Shown: positions 9,429-20,267, numbered from the stretch's first letter. The stretch is 52,956 bases of DNA from a virus (IMGVR_UViG_3300046808_000165:1-52956), one strand, 5' to 3'. Notes: generated by a model from the letters alone, not told the origin. Program-made: numbers and translations.

Positions 9429-12400
9429 ATGGCGCAACGTAACATTGACTTTGGTACATTCCCAGACGATCCAGATGCAGATGCTATCAGAACTGCGTTC
9501 CAGAAAACACAAGAGAACTTTACAGAGTTATTTGGTGGACTTCAGGACCAAGCAGTAATTTCTGTTAACAGAACTGCGGGCGCGGGTATTACTGTAAACT
9601 CTCCAACAGGTAACGTAATTGTTACCGCTAATATTGCATGTGTGCAAGTATCTTCAAACACATTAGGTGTAAGTAGAGACTCTGCAAGTTATACAGCAGG
9701 TGGCAACGCAACTATTACAAGTTCTTCACAGACACTTGTAATTGAATTGCCAAACGATATTGCTAACGTAGACAATATTGCATTAGATGCTAACTTAACT
9801 GCTAACGTAGTTAAGGCTAACCTTAATGTTTTAGTTGGTTCTAACGCAATTGTACTTGCAAATACTGGTAATGCTACTATTGGAAATGTTAGTGTTTCAG
9901 GTATTATTAATGTCACTGGCAATGCTACAGTAGGTAATATTAGTACTGTTAATGGCACATTCTCTAATTCTATCACAGTTACAACTGCGGCAAACGTAGG
10001 TGCATTGAATGCTACAACCGGAGCCTTTGTCGGTACTGTAACTGCTAATAATGCAAACGTAACTAATAATGTTGCAGCCAATATAATCACTGCTAATTTC
10101 TTTTATGGAGATGGTAGTAACATCTCTAACGTTACTTCTCTGCCCAATGACAAGATTAGTAATGGAACAAGTCAAGTTTATGTCACATTAAATGGCAATG
10201 TAACTTCTACTGTTGCAGGCTATGACACATTAGTAGTCACTGCTACTGGTGCAAATATTACTGGTACACTCAATGCTACAGGCAATTTAACTGCCGTAGA
10301 TGCTAATTTAGGTAATAGCGTAACTGCAAACTATTTTGTTGGTAACTTATATGGCGCAGCCAATACAGCAACAAGTGCAACTACTGCTGGTACTGTAACA
10401 ACTAATGCTCAACCCAACATCACTAGTGTCGGTACATTAACATCATTAAGTGTTACTGGAAATGCTGACTCAGGTAACGTAAATGCAACCGGCGGTGTGT
10501 TTACATATGTTAACGGCAATGGTGCAAACTTAACATCATTGACAGGCGCTAATGTTACTGGTTCCGTAGCAAATGCAACCTATGCAAACGGAGTAGCAGG
10601 CGCTAACGTATCAGGTGAAGTAAGTTATGCCGCAACTGCAAACAGTGTTGCTGGCGGAAACGTAGTGGGAACCGTAGCGAATGCTATGCATGCATCAACT
10701 GCTAACACGGTGGTAGACGCTACACAATCAAATATTACAAGCGTAGGTACATTGACTGGGTTAAATGTCAATGGTACAATTACAGCCGTAAGTATCACTG
10801 CAAATACAGGAACATTCACTGGTAATGGTAGTGGACTAGCAAACTTAGCAGGTGCCAACGTAACTGGTACAGTTGCTAATGCAACTTATGCATTAAGTGC
10901 AGGATCAGCAACTACAGCGGGTACTGTAACAACATTCGCACAACCAAATATCACTAGTGTAGGTACATTAACAAGTTTAGATGTTGCTGGAAATGTAACA
11001 GCAAGTAATGTGTATGCTAACTCAGGTACTATCGGCGCACAAACATTAAAGGGCGAAGGCGGCAACATTAGCAATATTCAAGGTGCTAATGTTAGCGGTA
11101 CTGTATCAAGTGCTACAACTGCATCAACAGCAGGTACTGTAACAACTAATGCACAACCAAATATCACCTCAGTAGGTTCATTAACAAGTCTTACAGTTAG
11201 CGGAAACATCAATGCTGGTAATGTAAATCTAGCATCAGGTATCTTTAGTGGCAACGGTAGTGGATTAAGTCAATTGACTGGTGCTAACGTAACTGGTACA
11301 GTAGCAAATGCTACTTATGCATTGGATGCGGGTAACGCTACTAACGCAACATCAGCAACAAGTGCAACTACTGCGGCTACAGTAACAACGAATGCTCAGC
11401 CAAATATCACATCAGTTGGTACACTAAGTTCATTATCAGTAACCGGTAACGTAGACGCCGGAAACTTTACAGGTGCTAATGCAGTTGTTGCAAACTATTT
11501 CATTGGTAGCGGTAATAACCTATCAAACATTCAAGGTGCTAACGTTACGGGTGCAGTCGCTACTGCAACAAGCGCAACTACAGCAGGCACAGTAACTACA
11601 GCAAGCCAACCAAATATTACTTCAGTTGGAACATTAAGTTCATTAAGTGTAACTGGTAATATAACATCGGGTAACATTTATTCTAACTCAGGCACAATTG
11701 GTGCTCTGTATCTATCAGGTGATGGCAGCAACATTACTAACATCAGCGTTGGTGCAGGTAGTTATATTGAAAACGGAAATTCAGAAGTACGTGCAGACGC
11801 TAATAGTAACGTAAGAGTTACTGTAGCCGGTAATGCGAACGTAGTGGTCGTCACTGGAACTGGCGCCAACATTGCCGGTTACGCAAACATTACTGGTAAT
11901 GTATCCGCAGGCAATGTTACTGCTACACTACTCACAGGCACATTAACAACAGCAAGTCAGCCTAACGTAACAAATGTGGGCACATTAACTGGGTTAAATG
12001 TTAACGGTACTAGTAATTTAGGACCAAATAGCAACGTCATCATTACAGGTGGCGCGGCAAACGCATTCTTAAAGACTGATGGTAGTGGTGCATTATCATG
12101 GGATACTGCTACATTAGTTCCTGCACAAGGATCAAATACACAAGTCATCTTTAATGACGGTGGCTCAACATATGCAGGTAATGCTAATTTAACATTCAAC
12201 AAGACTAATGCCACATTTACTGTAGGAAATAGTGTTGTTGCAGGCAACGTATACGCTAACTCAGGTACGGTACGTGGCTCATTATTGACAGGCACATTAA
12301 CAACAGCCGCACAACCAAACGTTACAAGTGTAGGTACGTTAACTGGACTAAATGTTAACGGAACTGTAACGGCTGTAGCATTTACTGCTAATACTGGTAT

Positions 12401-13949
12401 CTTTACTGGTAATGGTGCAGGGTTGACAAATCTCGCTGGTGCTAATGTCACTGGTACAGTTCCAAGCGCAACAAGTGCTACAACAGCAGGTACTGTAACA
12501 ACTGCGGCCCAGCCAAATATCACAAGTACTGGTACACTATCATCATTGATCGTATCAGGAAATATTAATGCAGGTAACTTGAATACTACTGGAGTATTCA
12601 GTGGTAGTGGCTCATCATTAACAAACATTCCAGGTGGTAACGTAACTGGTACAGTTGCTAATGCAACTTATGCGACAAGCGCAGGTAGTGCAACTACAGC
12701 AGGTACAGTAACAACTGCGGCTCAACCAAACATTACAAGTGTTGGTACATTAAGTGCATTAGACGTAACAGCAGGCATTGTTGCCGGTAATGTGTATGCA
12801 AATAGTGGAACTGTTCGCGGTAATCTATTAACCGGTACATTAACAACAGCCGCACAACCAAATATTACCAGTGTTGGTTCATTGACTTCATTGATTGTAA
12901 ATGGTAATATCAATGCCGCTAATTTGACAGTTGGCTTAGGCACGGTTACTGCTAATATATTCAGTGGTAATGCAAGTAATTTAACAAATATTCCCGGTGC
13001 AAACGTAACTGGCACTGTTGCTAATGCAACATTTGCATTAAGTGCATCAAGTGCTACTACTGCTGGTACCGTAACAACAAATGCTCAACCTAACATTACA
13101 TCAGTCGGTACATTAACAACTTTAGATGTAAATGGCACTGTAACTGCGGTTAACTTTACTGCTAATACAGGTATCTTTACCGGCAATGGTAGTGGATTGA
13201 CAGCACTGAATGCAAGTAATATTTCAACCGGTACTCTTGCTCAAGCAAGACTTGCTAATAGTTCATTAACAGTTAATGGAACTAGTATTTCATTAGGTGG
13301 TTCAGGAACGATCACTGCTGTTAATCCAAATGCATTGACATTGGGAACTTATTTGACAGGTACAAGTTACGATGGTAGCACAGCCGTAACTGCCGCAGTA
13401 GATGCAACTACAACTAATACAGCAAGTAAAGTAGTAGCACGTGATAGTAATGGTAGTTTTAGTGCAAACATTATTACAGCAACATTAAGTGGTTCAGCAA
13501 CAAGTGCTACAAGTGCTACAACAGCAGGTACAGTAACAACAGCCGCACAACCTAACATCACAAGTGTTGGCACACTAACATCACTAACATCTTCTGGTAA
13601 TATCAGTGGTGCTAATCTTGTCGCAACCGCATATACGATTTCGTCTGTGGCTACAGGTATTAGTGCTGCCGGATCAACACAAGGTACAGCAACAGCACTA
13701 ACTAAAGATGTGAATGTTGTTTCAACTGTGAGTGCTGGACAAGGTGTTGTATTACCAACTGCTGTTGGTGGTATGCGTATAACAGTTATGAATACTTCAC
13801 CTACTGCATTGAATGTTTATCCAGCAACAGGTGCCGGAATCAACAATAACGGCGCAAACGTGGCCTTTGCATTACCAGGAAATGGTAGATTAGATTTCTT
13901 AGCGGTTACTAGTACACAATGGTATACTCTAACTGCAACTTATGCCTAA
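9429..13949 (+). CDS. Long repeat-rich tail/head fibre protein
   Basis: Start at ATG 9429; N-terminal GTFPDDPDADAIRTAFQKTQENFTEL resembles T4-like fibre/baseplate attachment domain; G/T/N/A-rich repeats. Confidence 0.8.
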   Translation: MAQRNIDFGTFPDDPDADAIRTAFQKTQENFTELFGGLQDQAVISVNRTAGAGITVNSPTGNVIVTANIACVQVSSNTLGVSRDSASYTAGGNATITSSSQTLVIELPNDIANVDNIALDANLTANVVKANLNVLVGSNAIVLANTGNATIGNVSVSGIINVTGNATVGNISTVNGTFSNSITVTTAANVGALNATTGAFVGTVTANNANVTNNVAANIITANFFYGDGSNISNVTSLPNDKISNGTSQVYVTLNGNVTSTVAGYDTLVVTATGANITGTLNATGNLTAVDANLGNSVTANYFVGNLYGAANTATSATTAGTVTTNAQPNITSVGTLTSLSVTGNADSGNVNATGGVFTYVNGNGANLTSLTGANVTGSVANATYANGVAGANVSGEVSYAATANSVAGGNVVGTVANAMHASTANTVVDATQSNITSVGTLTGLNVNGTITAVSITANTGTFTGNGSGLANLAGANVTGTVANATYALSAGSATTAGTVTTFAQPNITSVGTLTSLDVAGNVTASNVYANSGTIGAQTLKGEGGNISNIQGANVSGTVSSATTASTAGTVTTNAQPNITSVGSLTSLTVSGNINAGNVNLASGIFSGNGSGLSQLTGANVTGTVANATYALDAGNATNATSATSATTAATVTTNAQPNITSVGTLSSLSVTGNVDAGNFTGANAVVANYFIGSGNNLSNIQGANVTGAVATATSATTAGTVTTASQPNITSVGTLSSLSVTGNITSGNIYSNSGTIGALYLSGDGSNITNISVGAGSYIENGNSEVRADANSNVRVTVAGNANVVVVTGTGANIAGYANITGNVSAGNVTATLLTGTLTTASQPNVTNVGTLTGLNVNGTSNLGPNSNVIITGGAANAFLKTDGSGALSWDTATLVPAQGSNTQVIFNDGGSTYAGNANLTFNKTNATFTVGNSVVAGNVYANSGTVRGSLLTGTLTTAAQPNVTSVGTLTGLNVNGTVTAVAFTANTGIFTGNGAGLTNLAGANVTGTVPSATSATTAGTVTTAAQPNITSTGTLSSLIVSGNINAGNLNTTGVFSGSGSSLTNIPGGNVTGTVANATYATSAGSATTAGTVTTAAQPNITSVGTLSALDVTAGIVAGNVYANSGTVRGNLLTGTLTTAAQPNITSVGSLTSLIVNGNINAANLTVGLGTVTANIFSGNASNLTNIPGANVTGTVANATFALSASSATTAGTVTTNAQPNITSVGTLTTLDVNGTVTAVNFTANTGIFTGNGSGLTALNASNISTGTLAQARLANSSLTVNGTSISLGGSGTITAVNPNALTLGTYLTGTSYDGSTAVTAAVDATTTNTASKVVARDSNGSFSANIITATLSGSATSATSATTAGTVTTAAQPNITSVGTLTSLTSSGNISGANLVATAYTISSVATGISAAGSTQGTATALTKDVNVVSTVSAGQGVVLPTAVGGMRITVMNTSPTALNVYPATGAGINNNGANVAFALPGNGRLDFLAVTSTQWYTLTATYA
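10375..13590 (+). repeat. About 13 dispersed copies of TTAGTVTTxAQPNITSVGTLxxL within the fibre
   Basis: Counted by eye in the translation; boundaries approximate. Confidence 0.85.
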
Positions 13950-13966
13950 AGAGAAGGAACAAATTA

Positions 13967-14140
13967 ATGGCTAAAATAAAGAGTGGAAGTGGTTCAAATA
14001 AAGGAATGAAAGTTTCTTTTACGAGTCAGCAAAAAGGAAAGACTACAATCGGTGGTAATCCTAGTAGTATTAAGTTTTCTACAATGAATAAAAATAAACG
14101 TGCAAATTATAAACCGTCACGCGGACAAGGCAGACCATAA
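13967..14140 (+). CDS. Small basic protein (57 aa)
   Basis: AGGA RBS then ATG 13967; ends KNKRANYKPSRGQGRP, like small basic RGQG peptides of T4-like phages. Confidence 0.7.
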   Translation: MAKIKSGSGSNKGMKVSFTSQQKGKTTIGGNPSSIKFSTMNKNKRANYKPSRGQGRP

Positions 14141-14158
14141 AAAGAAGGATAAGAAAGT

Positions 14159-14782
14159 ATGTCAAAAGTCACATTAGAATTATTAAAAGAAATTTGTCCT
14201 AAGACTAAATCAACAGTCTTAGCAAAATATGTTGAACCGTTGAATGAAGTGGGTGAACACTTTGGATTGTTTGAAAATCCAAAGCGTATGGCTGCATTCT
14301 TAGCACAAGTTGCACACGAATCAGGTGGTTTTAACTTTGTCAAAGAAGGACTAAGTTATTCAGCGGCTTCATTGAATAAAGTTTTCAAAAAGTATTTCCC
14401 AACACTAGAATCAGCAAAAGCATATGAACGTCAACCTGCAAAGATTGCAAACAAAGTTTATGCAAATCGTATGGGCAATGGTCCAGAGAGTTCAGGTGAT
14501 GGTTACAAGTATTGCGGGCGTGGGTTGATTCAATTGACCGGTAAAGATAACTACACCCGTTTTGCCAAAGCAATTGGTAAAACATTAGATGAAGCAGTTG
14601 CGTATTTAGAAACTTCAGAAGGCGCTGTAGCAAGTGCAGGATGGTTTTGGGACGCAAACAAATTAAGTGTTTATGCAGATAAAGGCGATTTCGTGGGTCT
14701 AACAAGACGTATCAATGGCGGTACAATTGGTCTTGCAGATAGACAACATCACTATGATATTGCACTTAAAGCATTAGCATAA
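14159..14782 (+). CDS. Glycoside hydrolase family 19 lysin (endolysin candidate)
   Basis: AAFLAQVAHESGGF, YANRMGNG, GRGLIQLTGKDNY, SAGWFW, TRRINGG. Confidence 0.92.
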   Translation: MSKVTLELLKEICPKTKSTVLAKYVEPLNEVGEHFGLFENPKRMAAFLAQVAHESGGFNFVKEGLSYSAASLNKVFKKYFPTLESAKAYERQPAKIANKVYANRMGNGPESSGDGYKYCGRGLIQLTGKDNYTRFAKAIGKTLDEAVAYLETSEGAVASAGWFWDANKLSVYADKGDFVGLTRRINGGTIGLADRQHHYDIALKALA

Positions 14783-14794
14783 TTAAGGATTAAC

Positions 14795-17590
14795 ATGGCA
14801 CTACCCGTTTGGCAAACACAACCTAATTTAGGATCATACATCAGTAATCAGTCGATGAGTATCCAATTGGTTGCAATTCCTATTTTACCTGCAACTAGTG
14901 TAACATATACACTTGCGGGAGGTTCATTACCAAATGGGGTAGTGCTGTCGTCCAATGGAAATATACAAGGAACACCTATCGTTTTTAATAACGCAGTGTT
15001 CACATTTACTGTTAGGGCAACAGATAATTTAGGTAATAATAGAACACAAACATTTTACTTTAGTGTAAGTTATTCATTACCTCAGCCAAATTGGAATACA
15101 CCTGCAGGATCAATAGGTAGTTACCCATCAACTGTACCTATGGTATTTCAATTAAGTGCTACTCCTGTGTTGCCGGCAGTTACAGTAACATATCAAATTA
15201 TTAGCGGCAGTTTACCAAATGGATTAAGTCTAAATGAAGATGGTTTGATTTCAGGTACGCCAATATTAGTAACGTCTGATATATCATCTACATTTGTGGT
15301 ACGTGCAACAGATAACTATCAGAACATCAGAGATAGAACATTCTCTATCACAGTGTCTGGCTCTGCTATTCCACAATTTACAACTCCTACTGGAACATTA
15401 ACAAACACATTAGACAGCACATGGATTGAAATTCCTATTGAATATTCTAATCCAATCGAAACTAATCCAGTATCAATTAGAGTTATTCAAGGTCAATTGC
15501 CACCTGGAATTGAAATCAATGAAAGTGGATTGATCAGAGGTTATGCGGAACCCCCAATCTTAAGTTTAAATTTACCACTAGTAACAACTAACATTGTAGC
15601 AACAAGTTCAAATACTATTGTTTGCGTTAGTACAAGTGGATTTAGAGTGGGAAGACCTATTGTATTCACTGGAACTGAATTTGGTGGCATCACAGCAAAT
15701 CAAACATATTATGTTGACAGTATTATCGATGATACTACATTTACTATTAGCACCACTGTTAATGGTTCAGCATATACACTAAGTGATGCAGTAGGATTTA
15801 TGACTGCAACATTGCCTACAATTTCTATTGGACAGCCTACAATTCAAACATATTCATTTACTTTGAAACTTGAAAGTCCGTTAGGTAGTGACATTGAATC
15901 TTACTTTATTACAGTAATTAATCAGAATGCTTCATCAAGTGACGGTGGCCCTGGTTATCCACCAAACACACGCATTCCTACAATTTATAATACTAGACCT
16001 GAAACATATAACATTTATCAAAATGAACAAAACTATGGTTATTACGTATTGCCACCAAACTCAAATGGCGTAACATATCAGCCATATGAATTAGCATATA
16101 TTGGCAAGATCACTAGTGACAACTATTTCTCATTTAGAATCTTAGGTCATGATTTTGATGGTAGTCCATTAGAATATGTATTTGCTGATTTACCCTTAGG
16201 ATTAACAGGCAACTCATCTACTGGATGGATCAATGGTTACCCTGTTATTTCAGATAACAGTATCAGCGATTTCACATTCAGTGTTGCAGTTAGAAAAGCA
16301 ATTAATCCTACGATTTCAACACCTTTCTTTAACTTTGGTTTCAGAATTAGAAATGATATTGTAGGGGATGTAACTTGGATTACACCGGCATCATTAGGTA
16401 CTGTAGATAACGGTACTGTTAGTATCTCTAAGGTTCAAGCAACGAGTGATGTTCTATTACAATATAGAATTGTAGATGGAGAGTTGCCACCTAACTTAAC
16501 ACTATTAGACAACGGGGAAATCTCAGGAGTTGTAGCATATCAACCTACTGATACATTCTTAGCGCCTAACGAAACTACAGATTTTACCTTTACTATTCAA
16601 GCATATTCGCCTCAATTCCCTATCGTGCAATCATCACGTACATTTACATTGAGCGTTTATCAAGAATATGGTCAACCAACTGATACATTATATATTAAAT
16701 GTACACCTAGCATTAGTGACAGATATCTATTGGCAAGTCTACTTGATAATAGTTCACTGATTCCAAATGAATACCTGTATAGACCTAATGATCCTTATTT
16801 TGGTAAAGCAAATGCAATCATTTATGAACACGCATATGGCATCTATGCAAGTAGTTTTGAAGAATATGTTGCGGCAATTACAAAGAACCACTATTGGAGA
16901 CAGATTACTTTAGGTGAACTTAAAACTGCCGTAGCACGTAATGATGCAGGCGAGATTATATATGAAGTGGTTTACAGTCAGGTTGTTGACAATTTAGTAA
17001 ACCCAGAAGGACAAAGTATTAGTGAAGAAATCTTTTGGCCAAGATTTATTCCACTAGAACTAGGACCTTGGTACACAAGTGAAACTGACATTTTCACTAG
17101 TTATGTAGAAGCACCAAACGGTCAAGAGTTTTACACTAGTTTAACCCCCGGATTTGCTAGAATATTGTATCCGAACAGTTTAGTTAATATGCGTCAGCGA
17201 GTAGGTCAAGAATTAGGACAAGAATATAACTTTAGATTATTGCCTAAGTGGATGACTAGTCAGCAACTTAATGGTAGTACATTAGGTTATACTCCTGCTT
17301 GGGTCATTGCGTATACACTACCCGGATACGCAGAAACTATCAAAAACAATATCAATAATAATTGGAAAGATCCTGTATTGAATACACCTTATACACTTAA
17401 TACTATCAACTTTAAGATTGATAGATTCACAGTAGATAAGAGTACAACATTCAATTATGATAAGAACGTTAGCCCACCCGCTTGGACAGGGTTACCAAGC
17501 GCAAGCCCAACACCTGATCCACTTGATAGTAAAGACTTTTATGTACTGTTCCCTAGAGAAACTATTTTACCCGACAGAACGCAGTACTAA
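14795..17590 (+). CDS. Virion structural protein with repeated Ig-like (He_PIG-type) domains
   Basis: Repeated GSLPNGL.L...G.ISGTP...FTVRATD units. Confidence 0.75.
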   Translation: MALPVWQTQPNLGSYISNQSMSIQLVAIPILPATSVTYTLAGGSLPNGVVLSSNGNIQGTPIVFNNAVFTFTVRATDNLGNNRTQTFYFSVSYSLPQPNWNTPAGSIGSYPSTVPMVFQLSATPVLPAVTVTYQIISGSLPNGLSLNEDGLISGTPILVTSDISSTFVVRATDNYQNIRDRTFSITVSGSAIPQFTTPTGTLTNTLDSTWIEIPIEYSNPIETNPVSIRVIQGQLPPGIEINESGLIRGYAEPPILSLNLPLVTTNIVATSSNTIVCVSTSGFRVGRPIVFTGTEFGGITANQTYYVDSIIDDTTFTISTTVNGSAYTLSDAVGFMTATLPTISIGQPTIQTYSFTLKLESPLGSDIESYFITVINQNASSSDGGPGYPPNTRIPTIYNTRPETYNIYQNEQNYGYYVLPPNSNGVTYQPYELAYIGKITSDNYFSFRILGHDFDGSPLEYVFADLPLGLTGNSSTGWINGYPVISDNSISDFTFSVAVRKAINPTISTPFFNFGFRIRNDIVGDVTWITPASLGTVDNGTVSISKVQATSDVLLQYRIVDGELPPNLTLLDNGEISGVVAYQPTDTFLAPNETTDFTFTIQAYSPQFPIVQSSRTFTLSVYQEYGQPTDTLYIKCTPSISDRYLLASLLDNSSLIPNEYLYRPNDPYFGKANAIIYEHAYGIYASSFEEYVAAITKNHYWRQITLGELKTAVARNDAGEIIYEVVYSQVVDNLVNPEGQSISEEIFWPRFIPLELGPWYTSETDIFTSYVEAPNGQEFYTSLTPGFARILYPNSLVNMRQRVGQELGQEYNFRLLPKWMTSQQLNGSTLGYTPAWVIAYTLPGYAETIKNNINNNWKDPVLNTPYTLNTINFKIDRFTVDKSTTFNYDKNVSPPAWTGLPSASPTPDPLDSKDFYVLFPRETILPDRTQY

Positions 17591-17593
17591 ATA
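17586..17593 (+). promoter_or_regulatory. Late promoter (ACTAAATA)
   Basis: Overlaps the upstream stop, 20 nt before ATG 17614. Confidence 0.5.
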
Positions 17594-17613
17594 CATTTAC
17601 GGAATAGAGACAT

Positions 17614-18918
17614 ATGAGCCAAATTAACACAAACGGAATCGACACAAATTATCCAGTACCGGGACAGAACAATAGTTCTCAGGGTTTTAGGGATAACTTT
17701 GCCCAAATTAGAAACAACTTAAACACTGCCGCCAATGAAATCACTGATTTGCAGACCAAGGTAGTATTAAAGCAAGCATTGACTGATGCGGTGCTTAACA
17801 ATGACATGGCTAATACATTGATCAGTAATGCATCAATGAGAAGTTTCCGTCACACTACATATAATTTAGGTAACGCATTATCAGGTACTGTATTGGTTGA
17901 TGCAAGCCGTGCAGACGTTCAATATGGTGCGCTTTCTGGTAACACAACATTACAGTTTGGCGGCTGGGCCCCTACTAATACAGAACAAACAATTACCTTA
18001 CGATTAACGATTCCTAATGCTAGCGTAGCAACATCAGTTATTTCATTACCTAATGCATGTATTTCTACTAATAACAACTATGGTACTACATTAATAGAAA
18101 ACTATGCTCAAGTAGGTAACATTGCAACTATTACTGCTCCAGCAAACGTAGGAATTATTGAACTTGATTTGACTACTACTGATTGCGGAAACACAATCAG
18201 CATCATGCCGACAAACAGACCATTCCAGTCAACACAAATTATCACACGTGATGTACCTCCTACAGGCTTGCAAGGTGATACACCTGGTGCTGTTGCTGTA
18301 GGCCCATCCGTAGGACAGGTAGAAGTATCTAATACTATTGCTACTGGAAACTATATTATTGTAGATAGTACTAGTAATTTTTACTTAGATATGCCTATCG
18401 TGTTTACCGGAAACACTGATAGTTCTAATAGTAACATTGTTGCTGGCACAACATATTATGTAAACGAAATTTCTAATGCTACTGCATTTACTGTGTCTAC
18501 TACTGCCGGTGGTAGTGATTTTGATGTGGGTTCTAGCAACGTAACATTTTACGGCAATCCAGCATCATATATGTATGTTTGTGTAGACACATATGATTCT
18601 ACTACATATACAAGAGAAGTAACTGATACTTACGATGACGGCAACATCACACTCGACACAACAACCAGTGTTGTTGCTAATGCTCCTATTATCTTTACTG
18701 GTAACGTAGACAATGCTAATAGCAATCTAATCGCAAATACTGTTTACTATGTAAAAACAACGGATGGAAATACTCCTGGAAACATTACAGTGAGCAGAAC
18801 AAGAGTTAATGGCATTGCAGGCACAGCCGCAACGTTAGGCAATGCAACTCCTACTGCTAATGCAATCGTATATGTTGGTTCTGATATTTGGAGAAGAATC
18901 AACTTGAGTTCTTGGTAA
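17614..18918 (+). CDS. Virion structural/fibre-like protein
   Basis: N-terminal YPVPGQNNSSQGFRDNF plus coiled coil; two PI[VI]FTGN..YYV modules; C-terminal IWRRINLSSW. Confidence 0.7.
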   Translation: MSQINTNGIDTNYPVPGQNNSSQGFRDNFAQIRNNLNTAANEITDLQTKVVLKQALTDAVLNNDMANTLISNASMRSFRHTTYNLGNALSGTVLVDASRADVQYGALSGNTTLQFGGWAPTNTEQTITLRLTIPNASVATSVISLPNACISTNNNYGTTLIENYAQVGNIATITAPANVGIIELDLTTTDCGNTISIMPTNRPFQSTQIITRDVPPTGLQGDTPGAVAVGPSVGQVEVSNTIATGNYIIVDSTSNFYLDMPIVFTGNTDSSNSNIVAGTTYYVNEISNATAFTVSTTAGGSDFDVGSSNVTFYGNPASYMYVCVDTYDSTTYTREVTDTYDDGNITLDTTTSVVANAPIIFTGNVDNANSNLIANTVYYVKTTDGNTPGNITVSRTRVNGIAGTAATLGNATPTANAIVYVGSDIWRRINLSSW

Positions 18919-18929
18919 TTGGATAGTTA

Positions 18930-19160
18930 ATGGAACACCCATTCATCAATGATTTGTCTGACAAAACACTAGAGGAATTGCAAGAGTCAATCACTAGTCT
19001 AAATAATAAGTTAACGTTTGCATTTAGAACTGGCAATGGTCCTTTGATACATCAATTACAAATGGCAATTGAAAGTTATAGAAATCAACATAGAAAAAAG
19101 ATGGATGAAATCTTTTCTAAACAAAAACTTAACAATCAAATTAATATTGAGAAGCAATGA
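18930..19160 (+). CDS. Hypothetical protein
   Basis: 76-aa helical ORF, ATGA overlap with next gene. Confidence 0.75.
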   Translation: MEHPFINDLSDKTLEELQESITSLNNKLTFAFRTGNGPLIHQLQMAIESYRNQHRKKMDEIFSKQKLNNQINIEKQ

Positions 19161-19714
19161 CAACTAGAATCGAAAAAGATTTTTATTTTCAAACTGGGGT
19201 ACACTTTGAAAATAAATTCTATGTAAATTCATACGATGTTACCCTTTCTTTGCTTGTTGAAACAGACAGCATTAGAGAGCAGAATGTTGCTATGGATAGA
19301 GCAACACACTTCCTCACATCTGTACTACAAAATTCTTTGTTGATCAACAGTAAAGAAACAGAAGCTATAGAAAAATATAAAAATGCAGGATTAAAAATCT
19401 GCATACTTCCGGAAGATCCATATGATCAAATACTAAGTATGGTGTTATTGCAGAAGTTAAATGCAGTAATGGAAGGCAGACTGCGCATTACTGACTTAGT
19501 AATAGGTTCTACCTTAAGTGAAGGCGTAAGATTTACTATGGTATCTGAAGTAGCCGAAAATGTACTAGACGGAAATTATTGGTGGAATAAACCAACCATT
19601 TGTCTAAACAACGAAGAGGCATGCCCAACTAACAAAACCAATATCGTCAAATTATTTGATGACAGCCATTGGGTAGATTTAGGGCTATCTTGGAAAGAAA
19701 AAGGTAAAAAATAA
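19157..19714 (+). CDS. Hypothetical protein
   Basis: 185-aa ORF coupled to upstream gene. Confidence 0.8.
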   Translation: MTTRIEKDFYFQTGVHFENKFYVNSYDVTLSLLVETDSIREQNVAMDRATHFLTSVLQNSLLINSKETEAIEKYKNAGLKICILPEDPYDQILSMVLLQKLNAVMEGRLRITDLVIGSTLSEGVRFTMVSEVAENVLDGNYWWNKPTICLNNEEACPTNKTNIVKLFDDSHWVDLGLSWKEKGKK

Positions 19715-19726
19715 TTACCTTTATCG

Positions 19727-19754
19727 TTGACTTTTCTGTTAGTTGTGTTATCAT
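19727..19754 (+). promoter_or_regulatory. Sigma70-type promoter
   Basis: TTGACT-16 nt-TATCAT with extended TG; ATG 19761 lies at the expected +1. Confidence 0.55.
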
Positions 19755-19760
19755 ACAACT

Positions 19761-20267
19761 ATGATTACAGACAAGTATGGTCAACAAATATTCACTGAGC
19801 AGGACTTATGCGACCTGTACATGTCTGATCCTGAAAGAAAATTATCAAACGTATTAATTAACGAGCCCGTTAATTTTAACCCAAACTTAGAAATCAACGA
19901 CATTCCAAAACTTGTCGAATATACACTAAGTGACAAATCAATTGAAGAGTTCGACAATGAATGTCACAATAATTGGTTCTTGCCCACCGAGTACAAAAAT
20001 TTCGATATTGCACAATATGTATTAGAGCAATGTAAAAATGACGCTGAATTGCAACGTGCGGGTGAAGAACTATTATTGTATCAAGAACGTGACATGTTCA
20101 TACTCTTACAATATCTAAAATATCTAGTTGACACGATGCGACAACATAACATTGTTTGGGGTGTAGGTCGTGGATCAAGTGTCAGTAGTTTCGTTTTATA
20201 TTTGATAGGGATCCACAGAATAAATAGTCTATATTATGATTTATCAATCGATGAATTCTTGAAATAG
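19761..20267 (+). CDS. dnaE: DNA polymerase III alpha (DnaE)-like N-terminal fragment
   Basis: RAGEEL..YLVDTMRQHNIVWGVGRGSSVSSFVLYLIGIHRIN matches the DnaE GxGRGS region; only 168 aa. Confidence 0.8.
   Translation: MITDKYGQQIFTEQDLCDLYMSDPERKLSNVLINEPVNFNPNLEINDIPKLVEYTLSDKSIEEFDNECHNNWFLPTEYKNFDIAQYVLEQCKNDAELQRAGEELLLYQERDMFILLQYLKYLVDTMRQHNIVWGVGRGSSVSSFVLYLIGIHRINSLYYDLSIDEFLK

Noticed and set aside
9689-13573. Several minus-strand ORFs of 60-223 aa opposite the fibre gene
   Set aside because: Antisense shadows of a repetitive, biased-codon gene; no RBS or recognisable motifs. Same applies to other antisense ORFs in the track
10375-13590. Fibre repeats as CRISPR array or DGR template/variable repeats
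   Set aside because: In-frame coding repeats with synonymous variation and irregular spacing; no cas or reverse transcriptase gene in the window
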